Shown here: piece by piece, positions 33,901 through 34,134 of the stretch
How the letters are laid out: every line of letters starts with the position of its first letter
How positions within the stretch are numbered: the stretch's first letter is position 1
Source: Macrostomum lignano
Taxonomy: Eukaryota
Length of the DNA: 34,134 bases
Assembly: GCA_002269645.1 (NCBI GenBank)
Contig: NIVC01002638.1
Span: 1 to 34,134 of the forward strand
Direction of reading: 5' to 3'
Position numbers and translations under genes: made by a program
Notes under the pieces: model-generated
Seen by the model: only the letters and a program-made list of their open reading frames with translations
What the model was told of the DNA's origin: nothing
The model's database searches: none

Positions 33901-34134
33901 TTCCTCTGCAAAGAGATTCGACTCGAAATTGTAACGTATATACTACACATATCTTATCTACAGTATAGCTCCTTAGTAAACAGGATTCATCTCAGGCAAG
34001 CAACTTGAAGCTTGTAGGCTTGTAGGTTTATTACTACATAGCGTAAAAGACTGCAAAAGAAAGTTTGACGCGAAATATTCATTGCTCTGCGTCCAACTTA
34101 GCTCATTATTCATAATATATTGAAATAAACTCTT

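Noticed and set aside
33645-33968. ORFs spanning the (CT)n tract
   Set aside because: Low-complexity translation products with no support as exons.

Overview
Eukaryotic (metazoan) genomic DNA with GT-AG introns. The GC-rich low-complexity exons and dense minisatellites suggest a flatworm such as Macrostomum, but that is unverified inference. Four multi-exon protein genes lie head-to-tail on the minus strand: (1) a MiT/TFE (MITF/TFEB-type) bHLH-ZIP factor whose 3' end runs off the left edge; (2) a complete BLM-type RecQ helicase (1275 aa model); (3) a type-I transmembrane C-type lectin (294 aa model); (4) a ~873 aa fusion of a dynamin-like GTPase with intact G1-G4 motifs and a C-terminal kinase fold lacking the catalytic Asp (DSTYK-like architecture). 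Between and inside the genes are minisatellites, a telomere-like array, hAT-type elements with 8-bp target-site duplications (TSDs), a Tc1/mariner-type MITE carrying a palindrome centred on a perfect CLEAR motif, two tRNA-derived SINE families and a decayed THAP domain. No CRISPR array, rRNA or bona fide tRNA gene is supported. All exon models were built by hand from splice signals and frame continuity; no database search or transcript evidence was available.
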